NCBI GenBank assembly: GCA_964016885.1
Contig: OZ024743.1
Span: forward strand, 159,030,001-159,094,000
Reading direction: 5' to 3'
Length of the DNA stretch: 64,000 nt
From: Eledone cirrhosa
Lineage: Eukaryota
The notes beneath the pieces were generated by a model. It worked only from the letters and a program-made list of their open reading frames with translations, was not told the origin of the DNA and searched no databases. The translations under genes were made by a program, and so were the position numbers. This document shows, in pieces, positions 1 through 18,616 of this stretch; the first letter of the stretch is position 1, and each line of letters opens with the position of its first letter.

Positions 1-156
1 AGATTCTTTCTCAATTGATATATCCCCGTATATCGTTTACAAAATATGATATTATACATGATCTGAACAGATGTTTATTGGGTTTTTTACTGAGAAACAA
101 TAATTATTGACATATATCTTATCCGTATTATACGTATTAATTAAACCAAAACTTAA

Positions 157-236
<80 letters not shown>

Positions 237-241
<5 letters not shown>

Positions 242-710
242 TAAAATAACAGATTAAAGTTTAAGCAAAGAATCGGTGCTTTCACCCTTAACGGGATCTT
301 CTGAAACTAACAAAGTCAATCTGTAAACGCAGAACTGGATATTTCAAAAAACGTTGCAGCCGGAGGAAGACAGGAAGACGATACTTTGGTTCGTGGTAAC
401 GTTCGCTGGCAAAGAACGGGAAAAAACGAATAATACGTCATTAATAGGAGCGGTGAAAAATAATTACGCGCAAAGACAAAACCACGTTTATGGTATAAAA
501 GAGGTCGTAGACTAATGTTCTCTTAGGTGGTGCATATAGACGTTCTCTGGCAATGAACGAAAAAACGAAGATAGCAGCGATTCTTTGCTTAAACTTTAAT
601 CTGTTATTTTAATAAATATTTGCTCTACGGCTCTTATATATTTGATATATATTTTCCTTATCGAGCCCTCTTTGGATTTTAGTCTTCAATTTTATTATTA
701 TTACTATATA
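237..710. mobile_element. PLE-tail insertion, family A (inverted piece plus 3' tail), flanked by (TA)n
   Basis: 237-283 is the reverse complement of ~574-617. 240-570 is the reverse complement of ~29835-30168. The tail ATTTGCTCTACGG...GGATTTTAGTCTTCAA-TTTATTATTATTACTA recurs at ~29135, ~30171 and ~44969. Hammerhead-like core on the minus strand at ~258-308. Confidence 0.65.
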
Positions 711-1032
711 TATATATATATATAATTACATAATACACAACACAATATAATCATTCCATTATTTTTAATTGTGTACCTTGTCATATGTATTACAATATAT
801 AATTAATATTGTTACTGTAATACTCTTCCATACGTGTCCTCTTGCAGTTGGTGTTTTCCTATCTTACCTCTATTGCACTCTTTACGGAACGACGAAACTT
901 ACCTCTATTGCACTCTTTACGGAACGACGAAATCGACGAAAAAGTTTCAAGAAACTAGACGATTCTTACAGAAATGTCCAGTCCGTTCATCAGATAGACC
1001 ACCCACTTTCCTTTACATTTCTACGGAAATAC

Positions 1033-1122
<90 letters not shown>

Positions 1123-1126
<4 letters not shown>

Positions 1127-1352
1127 AACGAGTAGGACCCTGACGGCTCAGCTCAAGCCGTTTCGACGGCTAATTCTGGACTAATTGTGGACGGCTAATT
1201 CTGGACGGCTAATTCGGTCCAGAATTAGCCGTCGAAACGGCTTGAGCTCAGGCGTCGGGGTCCTACTCGTTCCTATTACCCACTTTACTACCCTAAGTAT
1301 TGACTACTTTGATACATTATGGTCCACCTGGTTCCTTACCACATTTCCTTCG

Positions 1353-1356
<4 letters not shown>
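1123..1356 (+). mobile_element. Fold-back PLE tail, family B, carrying the 3' half of a hammerhead
   Basis: GGAACGAGTAGGACCC...GCCGTTTCGACGGCTAATT is mirrored by AATTAGCCGTCGAAACGGC...GGGTCCTACTCGTTCC. Homologues at 28852-29017 and 41272-41466. TA tracts on both sides. Confidence 0.7.
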
Positions 1357-1381
<25 letters not shown>

Positions 1382-1386
<5 letters not shown>

Positions 1387-1693
1387 GATATTAATAAATG
1401 GAAACTAGATTTATAAAACCATATTTATTTCATTATACATATTTCAGGGATACCAGATTAAATTCATCAGACAAAATACAATATATAACAGTTTTACAAA
1501 TAAGCTTTGACGTACCCTTTTAAAATGCGACCATTATTTTTGGAAGCCATCTGGAAGCTTATTTGTAAAACTGTTATATATTGTATTTTGTCTGATGAAG
1601 GCATACCATAATTTAATTTGGTATCCCTGAAATATGTATAATGAAATAAATATGGTTTTATAAATATAGTTTCCATTTATTAATATCGTATAT
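1382..1693. repeat. Fold-back with ~125-bp arms and a hammerhead motif (CTGATGA...GAAA at ~1592-1640)
   Basis: 1382-1507 is the reverse complement of 1555-1693. The right arm has CTGATGA-aggcatacca...tggtatccct-GAAA. Confidence 0.6.
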
Positions 1694-1879
1694 CTACTCC
1701 AAATACTTGTCGAGTGCTTTATATCAGTTATAAAAATATTTACTTGTTGTATCCCAACAATTTTAAATAGAACTTTTGCATATATATATATATATATATA
1801 TAATTACGGTAAATATCGATGCAATTCAATTCAAGCACTCAACGTACTTTTTCAACATAGGAATGACGGAGTATATGTA

Positions 1880-2229
1880 GAATAAGAAAATGCGAAGTAG
1901 TTTCAGGTGTTAAAGCCGTTTATTGATAAGGTTGTGATACATATTTCAATGACGACAGTGGCCAAGCGACTCCGCTTACCCAGTGCCATGATCTCATCAT
2001 ATAGCTGCTTACATAATAAGGTCACGTTCTTGAGGCTATCCAAATTAAAACGACAACGAAACGGACAAAGATGATGTTCTTGAAGCCTTCGCCCGTTTTC
2101 CCTTGCGTGATGAGATCATGACATTGGGTACGCAGGAATCGCGTGGCCACTGTCGTCATTGATAAATGTATCACAGCCTTATCAATATCAATAAAGGACT
2201 TTAACATCCGAAACTACTTCGCATTTTCT

Positions 2230-2232
<3 letters not shown>
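1880..2232. repeat. Diverged fold-back, ~120-bp arms
   Basis: 1880-1998 is the reverse complement of 2108-2232 (AATAAGAAAATGCGAAGTAGTTTC / GAAACTACTTCGCATTTTCTTATT). Confidence 0.65.
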
Positions 2233-2324
<92 letters not shown>

Positions 2325-3148
2325 AGCAAGGAAAAATAGATTGAAATACAAATATCTCGATTTCGTCGTTCCGTAAAGAGTGCAATAGAGGTAAGATAGG
2401 GAAACACCAACTGCAAGAGGACACATATGGAAGAGTATTACAGTAACAATATTAATTATATATTGTAATACATATGACAAGGTACACAATTAATCAGAAT
2501 ATAAACACATTACTTACATTACTTGTTATACCTAAATTATGCCTATATAGTTATTTCCGTCAACTAGTTATCATGATTAAAATAAACAATTAGTGGACTT
2601 AAAGACACGGATTATTATCAAGAGGTTACATCTTTTAACTCGTACAACAACAACAAAAATTGTCCATTAGGAGATCAGTTGAATAACTGACGCGTAACTG
2701 CAAAATCGGCAAATGATACCACGTGTTTGTTTTGGCATCATGTGGAGAGCAAAGAAGTTGGTGTTGTTAGAGCAAGAAATAGCTTATCAACTCATTCTAA
2801 TAGAGTAGTTTAACCGAAAATATAGGGCAGTATTTAAAAAACACGGTAAATAAATCGATTCTGTAAAGAGCTCAATGGAAGTAAGATGCGGCGAATAAAC
2901 CATTCCAGAGCACACTTATTCAAGAATATTACAGAAAGAATATTAATTGTATATTTTAATACACATGAGAAGATACAACAAAATTAATCAAAATATTACT
3001 TACATCAATTGTTATAACTAAACAATACTTATAGCGCAGTTTCAAATCCAGAGAAAAAATCCACTAATTACCATGGTTAAAATAAAGAAGAAAGAATTAC
3101 TCTTCAAAATGATCCATACATATGTATATATGGATCTTTTTGCAGAGT

Positions 3149-7268
<4,120 letters not shown>

Positions 7269-7402
7269 TAATAGTGATATTTATATTTATATATGTTTAA
7301 TACAACTATAAATATGGAGGGTAGTACTAAGTACTTGTCGGTTGCCGGTATGACAAAGAGCTCAATGCAAATTTTCAAGTGTTTTACAGAGCCGAGATAC
7401 AA

Positions 7403-8343
7403 AGTGTTAAAACGATCGAATTTTAGTTTAGAACATGTATTTGCTGACAATTGCTTCTTCCAGAGGGAAGTATGGAATCATCGGAGCATAGGGAATGTCG
7501 AAACATGTGACGAAAATCCTAGGCGTTCAGAACATTTAGGGCACATAATTGTTTTTAGTCTCGTGGGCATCATGTATTTAAATTTATAAAATTAAGCCAC
7601 CTGACGGTTTACCAACAACTTAATAACGGTTAATACAAACCATAGAAAAGATAATATCAGTTAAAAATGCATAAGATAATATACCTACAATAACAACATG
7701 GCCAGTAATTTGGTGGAATCTACATTTAACAAAGAAACACCTATTGACTATCAACGACTCAAAATAATCCCATGGTTAATAGCTGTGAGTTACAAACAAC
7801 ATATACACATACATACGAACTACAACACAAAAACACTTGAATGAAAATCACCTATCCAACTCTATCACGTGCTTTGCATCGCACCTCACATAATAAATAC
7901 CTACATTATCACCACAAGCCTCTCTAACAAATTGCACGCCATCTTAAACATTTCTAACAATTATAACATGCTTTAACACACCACACAAAATATTTATTTC
8001 AACTGCATTATAACTCTTTCCTCATACATGCCTTATTGACTGTATTGACTCCTGAATTGTACACCACTTTTCCTTGCTTATAACCTTTTTGCCTGTATGT
8101 TTTGCTTATACCTCTTACACTTTCAACCAGTGCTGCCTGTAATTGTGTTCTCTCAAGCATAACATCCTTTTAACTCCTGACTCTCCACATGATGCCTATG
8201 ACACTAAAAACAATTATGTACCCTAAATTTTATGAATGACTAGGATCTTAGTCACATGTTTCGACATTCCCTATGCTCCAATGATTCCAGATTTCCCTCT
8301 GGAAGAAACAATTGTTCTAAACTAAAATGTGATCGTTTTAACA

Positions 8344-8345
<2 letters not shown>
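7403..8345. mobile_element. Decayed Naiad-like PLE 3' end with inverted arms (7403-7574 / 8188-8345), each with a CCGA-type hammerhead
   Basis: The two arms give the consensus TGCT-CCGATGA-TTCCA..TGGAA-GAAAC-AATT-GTC-AGCA (7442-7488 minus; 8274-8317 plus), the same layout as the 28001 ribozyme. Confidence 0.65.
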
Positions 8346-8418
<73 letters not shown>

Positions 8419-8680
8419 TTTTTTGTCTTATAGAAATGACTCTTTTAACCGTTGTCACCTCCGGATATACATCAGGAATTCACCTATGACATATATATGA
8501 GATCAATAGAAGTGGGTATAACACTCATTTATTACTAAGTGCGTTAAAGCTTAATGTGTTAACCACGTATGGAAAGATACAGAGCATAATAATTCAATTT
8601 AAGTGAATAACCAAAGATTTACATATAGATCAAATCAATTTATTCATTTCGACGCTCGTTTAATTTAGCAGATTATTATA

Positions 8681-9021
8681 GCTTCTGGCAATAGAGCAAA
8701 ACTGAGTAAGTATAATGAAGTATCAGACAATTTAACTAGTTCTATCGAAACAACTGCATAGAATAATAGGAGTAATACTTACCCTAGTCGAAGTAAAAAT
8801 CCTTTAAATAAACCTAATAATATATATAATACTCAGGGTAACCTAATTGCTAACCCTATCTACAATTACAGACACCCGGAAGTTTACCCTCTTAATGGTA
8901 ATTGCTTAGTAACTAGCGTAGTGTATTAGTGCACTGTTTCCGCACCTAATGGCACTAAAGCTTATGTCGGTGCAACATCGAATACTTTTAAATCATGTTA
9001 CTACTGCCACCTCCACTCTTT
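8681..9021 (+). pseudogene. Naiad PLE GIY-YIG remnant
   Basis: From 8861: YNYRHPEVYPLNGNCLVTSVVY*CTVSAPNGTKAYVGATSNTFKSCYYCHLHSF, collinear with CNCR..CPL..CL..VIYSCTV..YVGSTSNCFKIRYNSHIHSF of the 819-aa ORF. Confidence 0.75.
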
Positions 9022-9599
9022 TGGAAATGTAAAACTGCAGAATTCACCCTCGTTCGCCAGTTATTCACCCTTGTTCGCAAGTATTTTCAATGTGCTCACA
9101 CACGAACCCCTATTCTTTTTACTACACTCAAATGCATAGATAAGATTATTAACCCTTATAAGACCTTGTGTACACTGTTATTGATGGTTCCTAACTAACG
9201 TGCAGTGTGAAAACATTCATTGGCTATGTTTGTAATTGAACACCGTATATTGTAGATTCGAACGACTTTTCATATACCACCTAAAAAAACGTAAACCGTC
9301 ATTATCGGTGTTTAGTCTAATATCGCTTCTACGCCTTATTTGATAAAATACGTTACACATTCAAATGAACGTGCTATTGAATACGTGAACAGTAATTACA
9401 GCATGTAGACATCCATTACACATTTTAATTTTTTGTAGCTTAAATCAAATTGCATAATGCTAAACGTTAATGCTTATCGCAGATTTTTTTTTATGTAGGT
9501 CTCACATTTGTTGTGAAACTTTTTGTGGCTTTATTTATGTATTTTTTTTATTATCACATGTCTGCCTGGTAATTGGGGTTATTATTCCTCAAATCGAAT

Positions 9600-10645
9600 A
9601 TCACACCGTCCAGGTCTTAAAAAAATCGGGTGAGTATTGCCAAGAGGTGTATTCTAGTTTTGTAAACCTCGAAAAGGTATTTGACTGCATCTCTCGGAAA
9701 CTGTTGTGGAAGGTTCTGCAGGAATATGAGATCGATGGTCAGCTTCTTCTTGTCCTAATGTCTCTATAACAATCGCCGAGATTTGTATTCGGATAACAGT
9801 GCTAATTCGAAACGATTCAATGTGGGAGTCGGAATCCGCCAAGATTGTGTACTGTCACATCTCCCGTTCATTATTTTCATGAACAGGATTGATGTGCGCA
9901 GCCAGGTTGCAGTGCTATCTCGAGTGGCAGCTGTAAAATCAGTCGGCTGGAAATTGCAGACGGCATGGTGTTATTTCAGGCGACAGAAGGTAATCTCCGA
10001 CATGCAATCGATAGGTTCAATGTTGAGTAATGCATGGCTGGAATGAAAATCAGTGCTGCGAAAACTGAGACACTCGTCCCCTCAATGAAGCCTGTGCAGT
10101 GCACGCTACATGTGAGTGGAGTCCCACTGAAGCAGGTGAAGAAGTTCAAGTATCTTGGAGATAGGTGTAAAAGCCAAACTCGGTATCTTCAATTCGGTAT
10201 TCGTGTCAACCCTTAGCTATGGTCATGAATCTTGGGAAATGACCGCAAGAATACGATCGTGAATACATGCGGCCGAATTGGTGATCCTCCGAAGGGTCTT
10301 TTGAGTAAGATTACTCGATAGAGTGCATATTTTGGAGATCAGAGAGTCACTACTGGTAGAGCCGCCACTTCTCCGAATTGGGAGATCACAGCTCCGATAC
10401 AATGGGCATATTATTATAATGTCCCTGCAAAGAATCGCTGGCAAAACCAACCAACAAGAGACCCAGGGTAGACCCCTAGCAAGGTGTTTGGATAATATCC
10501 ATGAGCTTGGCTGGTTTCGCTTTGGGATCCAGCCAGATCAGTTAAAGACGGTTGCTTCTGACAGAACCTTCTGGAAGGATTGTTTGAGGACTCTGTCTTC
10601 CTCGACCCTCTTGTAACTAAGTTGGTGAATGAAGAAGAGAAGAAT
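9600..10645 (+). mobile_element. Decayed RTE-clade LINE (RT and C-terminus)
   Basis: FVNLEKVFD..LWKVLQEY, GVGIRQDCVLS, GMKIS..KTE, QVKKFKYLG, YGHESW, IRESL.VEP.LLRI..SQLR..GH, GRP; frameshifted. Confidence 0.8.
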
Positions 10646-11146
10646 TAATTAATCTGCAAATTGTCACATATGGTTACAATTGCATTTCAAAATATTGAAA
10701 CGATCGTAGAAATGAATAAATTTATTTGAATAATATATCAAATCTTTGATTATTTATCTAAAATGTATATACACATATATATGTACATATACTTACTAGT
10801 ACTTACCTGTATACAGTAGAGTCAATTTATAAAAAAATATAGTTGGGCTTGTACGCCTTTAATATATATATAATGTGTGCACTTGTGGTTATGTATGTGT
10901 ATACTACAGGGATGTTTATCCAGATGTGTTTGTCAGGAATTTGTCATAGCATAAAAGACATTTATCACCTATTCAGTCATTGGAAGTAAAACAACCAGGT
11001 TAAGTCAGATGTATGAATATTCTCCAAGGAAATCGTCAAAGCGGAAAAAGTTTCCCGAATAAGAAAATATGCCATATTTTTTATGCCTTGAAACATTTGT
11101 AAAGGATTTAATTAATTAATCTTTTCTAAAGTATAATGTGCATTGG

Positions 11147-11186
<40 letters not shown>

Positions 11187-11339
11187 TTGGGTGTATATCT
11201 GTGTGCCTGCCTATGTATGTGTTTGCGTGTGTGCTCAGAGATTTAAAGTTCACAGTAAATGATGTTTCATTAATTCTCGTCGCATATAGAGGTTTTGTGT
11301 CTTCATTTACTGACAGACGTATATTGTGTTCTATATATA

Positions 11340-11885
11340 TAAGATTGATTTCTATTTATTGTCACTAGGGCGCAAAAGAAGGGGACAAATACAAGGGGGG
11401 ACTTTACACAAAAAGGCGAGTAAAGAAAACAAATAACAAATATAAAATTAACAATAAAGTCCTCAATAGGCGTTTGGGAGGTCGCACACACCCCCGAAAA
11501 AAGTGTGCAACCCCTTCTCCTCAGGAGCACAGAGAGAGGGTGCTCCCGCGTTCCTTCCCCTTTTCCACCTACAGGCTGATGTAGAGAGAAAGCCCATTCA
11601 CACGGGCCATTCTCGCCACTTTCACCCACCTTTCATAAAAACGACTGGGGTTGAGCATCTCTCTCTCCATCCTGATCCTTCTTCCGAAATGATATCGGAA
11701 GAAACGGATCAGTTGTTGGCCAGAGAGAAAGGTGCCTGACCTGAGTCCTTTCAGACGCGTCCACCATACAACCTCTTTCACCATGGCTATTACGCACAGA
11801 AACACCGCCTCTCCTTCTTTTTGAAGTGGGGAGGCGGCTTAATCGTTACAATGGCCTCGGTTGTCAACCGGATCGGTCCCACCCG
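11340..11885 (-). mobile_element. Tx1/L1-like LINE 3' fragment
   Basis: Shares GCCCATTCACACGGGCCATTCT and the VVWWTRLKG C-terminal motif with the 56119-58437 element. AATAAA near the 3' end. Confidence 0.7.
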
Positions 11886-12738
11886 TTCTATATATATAAG
11901 ATTAATAGAAATATATATATATAAAGAAACACGAGGAAAAATGGGAGCAGAAAACACGGGGGACATAAACACAAGGACGATTCTCACTCATCGTCTGTCT
12001 TTTGTGGATGATTATAGTTTCGAATTCATTAAAGATAGAACTATTCACCACAGTGCATTAATAACCATTCTCGGATATCGATTCGAGAAGAAAACACAAC
12101 GGCCGTTGGATAAAGTAAAAACAAGAACAGCGCCTTCCCATCCCCCACAAAAATATTGACATACCGATATGGGACGGGGAAAAGTTACAATGGATAGCAG
12201 CGCACGTAAGTGTGGTTAGCAAACCTAAGAAATAGCAAAACTTAATACGCGTTGGTAGGGTATAAGTACCGATTAATTGTCAGACCTACTATTTTAGAGA
12301 AAAAAAGTACTTGCAATTTCGTTTATAATACTGGCGCGTCCTTTTTTCTGTGAAATGGTTTTGCTGCCTAGTCATTTAATAACACAAGATATTTCACTTC
12401 AATTTTCTTGTAAAATCCATAAGGTATGTTTTAAGCCAATTGCTTTCTGATGAGTTTTGGCGGCTTAATTTATTGATTAATTATCTGAATTAATATCTAT
12501 TTCTTTTCCAAAATGAAACCGCGGTATAAGAACGAGTTTGTAGAAGAAATAGTATTTTTATTTTAAAGTGTATTTTTTGTTTTCAATGCTTGTTTTAATG
12601 CCTTCAATATACTGTAAATGTTTACACCTAAATATAATTTGGATTAATGAAGCTCTACACATTATAGCTGTTAGCCTATTTAGTATTTGAGCTATTTAAG
12701 GTGTAACTCAAATGGTCGTATTTTTGTCCATTTGGCCA

Positions 12739-13075
12739 TGAATTCAACTTCAAAGATGGTTGTATCTTCAAAATTAAGAACAACTTTTCGTGCAACTCAG
12801 AAAACCTAGTTTATGTCATAACCTGCCGAGGTTGTCGTGAGCATTATATAGCACAAGACAGAGTTAACACCCAACAAAGAATGACAGTCCACAGACAACA
12901 AATTAGAAGTCCATACACTAGGAAAATCCCCCTAAGCAAATATATAGGGAATGCGGAGGATCAATACATTTTGATGTTTTCCGCTTGTACCAATATGACT
13001 AAGAAATCACAGAACAAGGTAGAATTAATAAAGAGAACATGTTTATCAGAAAATTCAAACCAAGTTTGAACTCCC
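12739..13075 (+). pseudogene. Neptune PLE GIY-YIG remnant
   Basis: FNFKDG..FKIKNNFSCNSENLVYVITCRGCREHYI; MTVHRQQI..RKIPLS. Collinear with the 4431-6079 ORF. Confidence 0.8.
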
Positions 13076-13499
13076 TTACAACATAATTATATTTCCAACA
13101 CTTAAAAAAAGTAGAGTTACGCCCCTGTCACAAAGTAAAAAAAATGTTATCTACACAAACAAGCCACCCCAAAAAACAATTTGTCTTCCTTAATTTACCA
13201 AGGACAGAAGCAATCGTAAAACAGAATGCAGGAGTCTAAACGAAGGGACAATTAAACTTAAAAAGAAATGTTTTTGAAAATCTTAAAACTGAGAAATTAA
13301 GCTTTGCTAAACACCAACCTTTTGTACATGTTATACAGTCCTCTGTTTTTTATATATATACAAGGTGCGTTTCGTTTATTAAATTTTTCCGTATATACGG
13401 AAAACGTTATCTTATGTCCACACTTTCTTTCACTATATATATATAACAAATTAAATATATTGAGTACCTTACCTACTGCGGTTACCCCCGATTGAACCT

Positions 13500-13592
<93 letters not shown>

Positions 13593-14694
13593 ACACACAA
13601 CACAACACAACACACACATATATATATATGTATATATATATATGTATTTAAGAAACAAATGAGATGGAAACTTGCTTGGGTAGAATCCAAAGGTTTCTCA
13701 AAATGATATCCATGTATTTCTTATCGGACTGCATGTCACTGACCTGAACATATCTTGACGTTCTTGATACATGAAGAGTAACTTTAACTGTAGTATTACT
13801 GATAAGAATCTATCGAACATAAAACTCTGTAATGGTAAATGCATTCAACAAAGTTTTTTTGCAAATAAACTTTCAAAAGTTGAGTTTTATTGTTTATTAT
13901 GGATATGGGAAATGTATATATATATGCCAGTACGGGTATGGGAAATGTATATATATGCCAGTACGGGTATATATTGATTATAGTTCTGAATACGCCAAAG
14001 AGTTCTGTGTAAATCGTCAGATATACCCTCTATGAATTGATCATATTTTACCAATTGGATTATAACATTTTGACGGACAACGGCAATTTTTATTTTTCTC
14101 GGCTGTAGTTATTACTTTCGTTGTTTTTGATTAGTTACTTGCCAGGCCTGTGTGAACAAACCTATGATAAAATGTGTTGGTTCTATGGCAACCATTGCGT
14201 ATCTATTTCTACATGACCCAATGTGTCGGTCCCTATTCAGGATTATATGGTATAATACGAGAAAGAATGTATTGCTACTTCTAGCAGACAGAGGAGCCAG
14301 GTAGATGTTTTCTCTCGTGTTGATTTTAATCAAGATAACTGTAATCCAGTTGACTCATGATCAAAGCTGTTTCAACCGGGTTATCCACATATTTAGCAAG
14401 ATGTAGCACATTATAAATATGTTCTTCATGTTAGAAGAATTGGGCTAATGATTGGAATTTCTCTTGTATTCGTTATATCCGTCATGTTCCCCATTTCCTT
14501 TCACACTATTTATTTTCCTGTAGGGTCCTGCCTGTTCGAATTTCATCCCACCGATTTCTTTGCATTTGATTTATCATATTACAATGCACACAACATTAAT
14601 CTCCCTCACTTTGGTTTACCCCCCCCCCCCCCCCCGCACACACAAACACACACACACACACACACACAAGCACATACACACACAAGCACACACA

Positions 14695-14751
<57 letters not shown>

Positions 14752-14752
14752 A

Positions 14753-14819
<67 letters not shown>

Positions 14820-14995
14820 TATATATAGATATAATGTATTGGTGAGTATTATTTAGTTCCTGATATTGGATTCTACCTTTGGTATTTCACCATTTCGGCA
14901 ATAATAAGGAGCAGGAACGAAGCATCAATATAACATCATGTTTATTCATACGTAACGCGCATTTCACGATCGATCCCATCGATGTATAATAGGTA

Positions 14996-15195
14996 GGTAG
15001 TGATCGGACTCAACTCTAGAATCGATAACTCATCAGACTTCTGGATTATCTCCTTTGAATGGAATGACCCCTTACTGAATATAAATTAGTAACGCCTTAA
15101 GGATAAATAATGGTGTGGCAGAGATAGTTCCATTCATTCGGGAATCCATAAGTCTGATGAGATATTAATTCCAGAGTCGGGTCCGATAACTACCG
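14996..15195. repeat. Small diverged fold-back
   Basis: GGTAGTGATCGGAC..CTCATCAGACTT..TGAATGGAA is mirrored by TTCCATTCA..AAGTCTGATGAG..GTCCGATAACTACC. Confidence 0.55.
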
Positions 15196-15483
15196 ATCAT
15201 GCCTTTAGCTGATACTAAAATAAAAGAAACTTGCCCAAGATGCCGGTTGGACTGAGCATGTTTGCAAGGCAAACTCATATCTATATATATATTATTGATA
15301 TTATCCTTTAGCCCCGTCATACCACTAAAGACATAGTTTTGACTTGGGCCTTTGCCACACTTTTGATGATATCGTCAATGAAATAGTTGAATGAGCCAAG
15401 AAATATAACTATTACTATTAACAACGACAACATCAACAACAGCAGCATGATAACATACGTCAATAACAACATCATCAAAAAAC

Positions 15484-17110
15484 GAGAATGCCTTGTGGCC
15501 TCCGAGGAGGATATCATCTCTAGTTTGAGGTCTTTTTGTGCCAAAAGCAGTGGAGACGCCAATAGTCTCCGACACGACCACCTCAGAGACTTGGTATCTC
15601 ATCTCACTGACTGTCGCCTACTAAACGCCATTGTGGCCCTCACCAACAGTTTCATTCACAGCGCCCTGCACCCTTATTCTCGAAGCCTCTTCTCTTCGGG
15701 TTGCTAGACAGTTCATCAGCAACTATCTTCTCGAGCTGGTGCCGAGTAATTCCAGGCATCTCATCGTCAAATTGGACATGAGAAACGCCTGCAACTATCT
15801 GCGCCGCGACCACCTGATCGGGGCTTGCCTCAGTCATCCTCCGTCCGCCTACCCACTGGCCTACCTGTCATACAGGTTCCTGAGCATGCTCATCACTGCA
15901 GACAAGATCATACCATCCTCAACCGGCGGCCAACAGGTCAATTCATTGGCCTCCCTCATCTTCGCTGTTGGGGTCGACAGCATTGCTCGGAGCATCACGA
16001 TCCCTCTCAACCTCAGGTACCTGGACGATGCGATGAAAGACAATCTGTTTGCTTTCCCATTCCGAAGCTGTAGCAGTGCCCCCTGCTACAGCCAGACATC
16101 TCTCCTCACAGATCTCAGTTTGCATACGACAGGCTGCTGAGGAATTATGCAACATCCAGTCTGACGTGACCGGATGGTAGCAGGTCAGTTTACCCATGAA
16201 ATATGGCAACGCTAGTCTCCGGTATCCTGTATCATTGGTTTGCCTTGTTCTCATCAACAGGGTTTTCCACAACACAAGTGAAACGTCGAGGAGCGCACGG
16301 TATCGTCTGTGACATGGAACCATCTTGGTCTCTGCCCTGTGAACGTCCACCTCCCTCCCCTCTTTGTAGACATCCAGTCCCCCCCAAACTAATAGGAAGC
16401 CATTCTTTGCAGCATGATTTTAGACGGGCTGGTGCGCCGGCTCGACCAGTATCATCTAGCATGTTTCCGCTCGGCCTCCCAAGCCGACAGTGAAGCCTGG
16501 CTTAACGCAGTTCTATCACTTGTGGCTGGCACTCAACTGGACAGCGACTGCTTGCATATCGGTGTTTCCCTGAGGCACTACCTCCGCGTCTGCGGGCCTC
16601 ACAAATGTCACTACGATACTACTGTGGATTTTTCGGTCTCCACCCACTGTCATGTCGTTAGAGTGCTAGTCGGCTCCCACGCCATGCTGCTTTCAACGAG
16701 ATCATAAAACATGGCCTGCACAGCGTAGGCTTCACATCCTAGCTCAATCCAGCAGGGCTGGACCATGGCAGAAGGCCAATCGGCATGACAATCCTTTTGT
16801 TCTGCGGGGGTAGAACCCACATTTGGGATGCTACATGCTGTGACACCTTAACTAGTAGCAACCTGGTGCGTTCGGTTACCAGCCCAGGCATTGCTACCCG
16901 CTAACCGAATGGGGTAAACTGACCAGATATCGGTCGCTCTCTGATAGGTTTATGGTAGTGACTGTAGCGGTGGGGTTTTTTGGCGTTCTTTGTTCCCAGA
17001 CTACGTCCCAACACACTACTATCGGAGTGGAATTGGCTGCCTGCAAGTGAGTGCCCCGCCAGGTGGGTGGCTGTTCCTGCGCGTCTCGCTCACCATCCTG
17101 CGGGTCCGGG
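15484..17110 (+). mobile_element. Decayed CRE-like non-LTR retrotransposon (RT + restriction-like endonuclease)
   Basis: VKLDMRNA.N..RRD, GGQQVNSL (degenerate GVQQGDPL), YLDD, SEAWLNA...GT.LD, Cys/His knuckle, GRRP..WDAT.CDT; GC-rich and frameshifted. Confidence 0.7.
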
Positions 17111-17127
17111 ACCAGGAGACGGAGGGT

Positions 17128-17268
17128 GTTAGTTAGTGGTGGAGGATACTCGTTCGGGCAAAATAATGTGTGGCATTAAGTTTCAGTGTTTTATGTTCTG
17201 CGTTCAAATTCCTGGAGGTCAACTTTGCCTGTCGTCCATTTACGGTCGATAAAATAAGGTACCAGTCA
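17128..17268 (+). mobile_element. tRNA-derived SINE, partial; an inverted partial copy lies at ~17680-17800
   Basis: B-box GTTCAAATTCC then GAGGTCAACTTTGCC...GTCGATAAAATAAGGTACCAGT. Confidence 0.65.
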
Positions 17269-17797
17269 AGACACGTCGCCTGAAAACACAGACAAGATGG
17301 ATATGGTAGGGACACTTCTCATCTGGCATGTGTTCAATCACGACAGACCCGATGAGTCTAAACAACATCCTAAAGAAACATTACGTGACCATGCAACCTG
17401 CTAGAAGAAGCAGTTAAATATCTCACAAATCTACTAAATTCAAAAAAGGACACGTGGATGATTAAGGGATTCATTTATAAAAGTCAAGATGGTCACTACC
17501 GAAATTCCAATGACCGTAGGCCTGGTCGACTAGGGTTGATAACATTGTCAATATCACCAAAATATTAACAGATATTGAAAACAACAAAAAACAAGAAACG
17601 AACGAAAATGCAAAAATTGTTTCTAAGTTAAGCACTAGGCCAGAAATCTGGGAGGACAAGAAAGTCAATGAAATTGATCCCAGTACTTGACTGGTTCATT
17701 ATTTTATGGACCATAAAATGATGAAAGGCAAAGTTGACCTGAAGAAATTTGAACGCAGTACACAAAGCGCCGAAACTTAATGCCACACATAATTTTG

Positions 17798-17981
17798 CGG
17801 TGAATTGGCAGTATAGGTAGAGGGTTGGGCGCATTGTTTTCTAGCATAGTTATGTCCTTTTATGGCCTGAGTTCAAATCCCGTCGAGGTTAACTTTGCCT
17901 TTTAGCCTTAGGGGTCGATAAAATAAAGTACCAGTAATGTACTAGTTATTGCTGGCCTTGTGCCAAAAGTAGAAACAATTA
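17798..17981 (+). mobile_element. tRNA-derived SINE (Meta-domain-like core)
   Basis: A-box-like TGGCAGTATAGG, B-box GTTCAAATCC, core CTTTGCCTTT..GGGGTCGATAAAATAAAGTACC, tail GGCCTTGTGCCAAAAGTAGAAACAATTATT. Confidence 0.85.
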
Positions 17982-18303
17982 TTTTGCCCGAAGCTCTAGC
18001 AATTTTACCCAGCAAATAACTCTAACAGCAAAAACATCAACATGGGAAACATTATCATTAAGCTTTCATTCTTTCGCTGACGGGTTTCACTAAACAGACT
18101 ACGGCTGTACTAAGGTAACGTCGACGGATTATTTCAGTAGATTATAATGACCAAGTATTTATTTTATCAATCCCTATTTTCTCAACTGTTTAAATAAACA
18201 CTGTCACACAACATTGATTTTGTTTTAACTAGCAGTATTGTCATAAACATATAAACACAAACACAAAACATAGAAACACACACACTCTCCCCCTCTCTGA
18301 ATA

Positions 18304-18377
<74 letters not shown>

Positions 18378-18439
18378 AATGTTTTAGAAGAAACAGGGGC
18401 TGTGTAGTTGCTGGATAAGGTGTATTTACAAATACGAGC

Positions 18440-18470
18440 AAAGCACGAACGAGCTTCCCGTTCGTGCTTT
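18440..18470. other. Perfect 12-bp hairpin next to the TA tract hosting the Naiad insertion
   Basis: AAAGCACGAACG-agcttcc-CGTTCGTGCTTT. Confidence 0.7.
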
Positions 18471-18473
18471 CTT

Positions 18474-18585
<112 letters not shown>

Positions 18586-18616
18586 AAGAATCAAAGAACT
18601 GTTCAAAACATTATTG

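Larger units (their letters stand above)
766..2492. repeat. Inverted repeat pair 766-897 / 2361-2492
   Basis: Near-identical reverse-complement sequence, also seen as matching peptides in ORFs 769+ and 2489-. Confidence 0.7.

Noticed and set aside
10790-10812. TACTTACCTG resembling the U1 snRNA 5' end
   Set aside because: No downstream U1 sequence; it could be a minus-strand splice donor but has no supportable exon.
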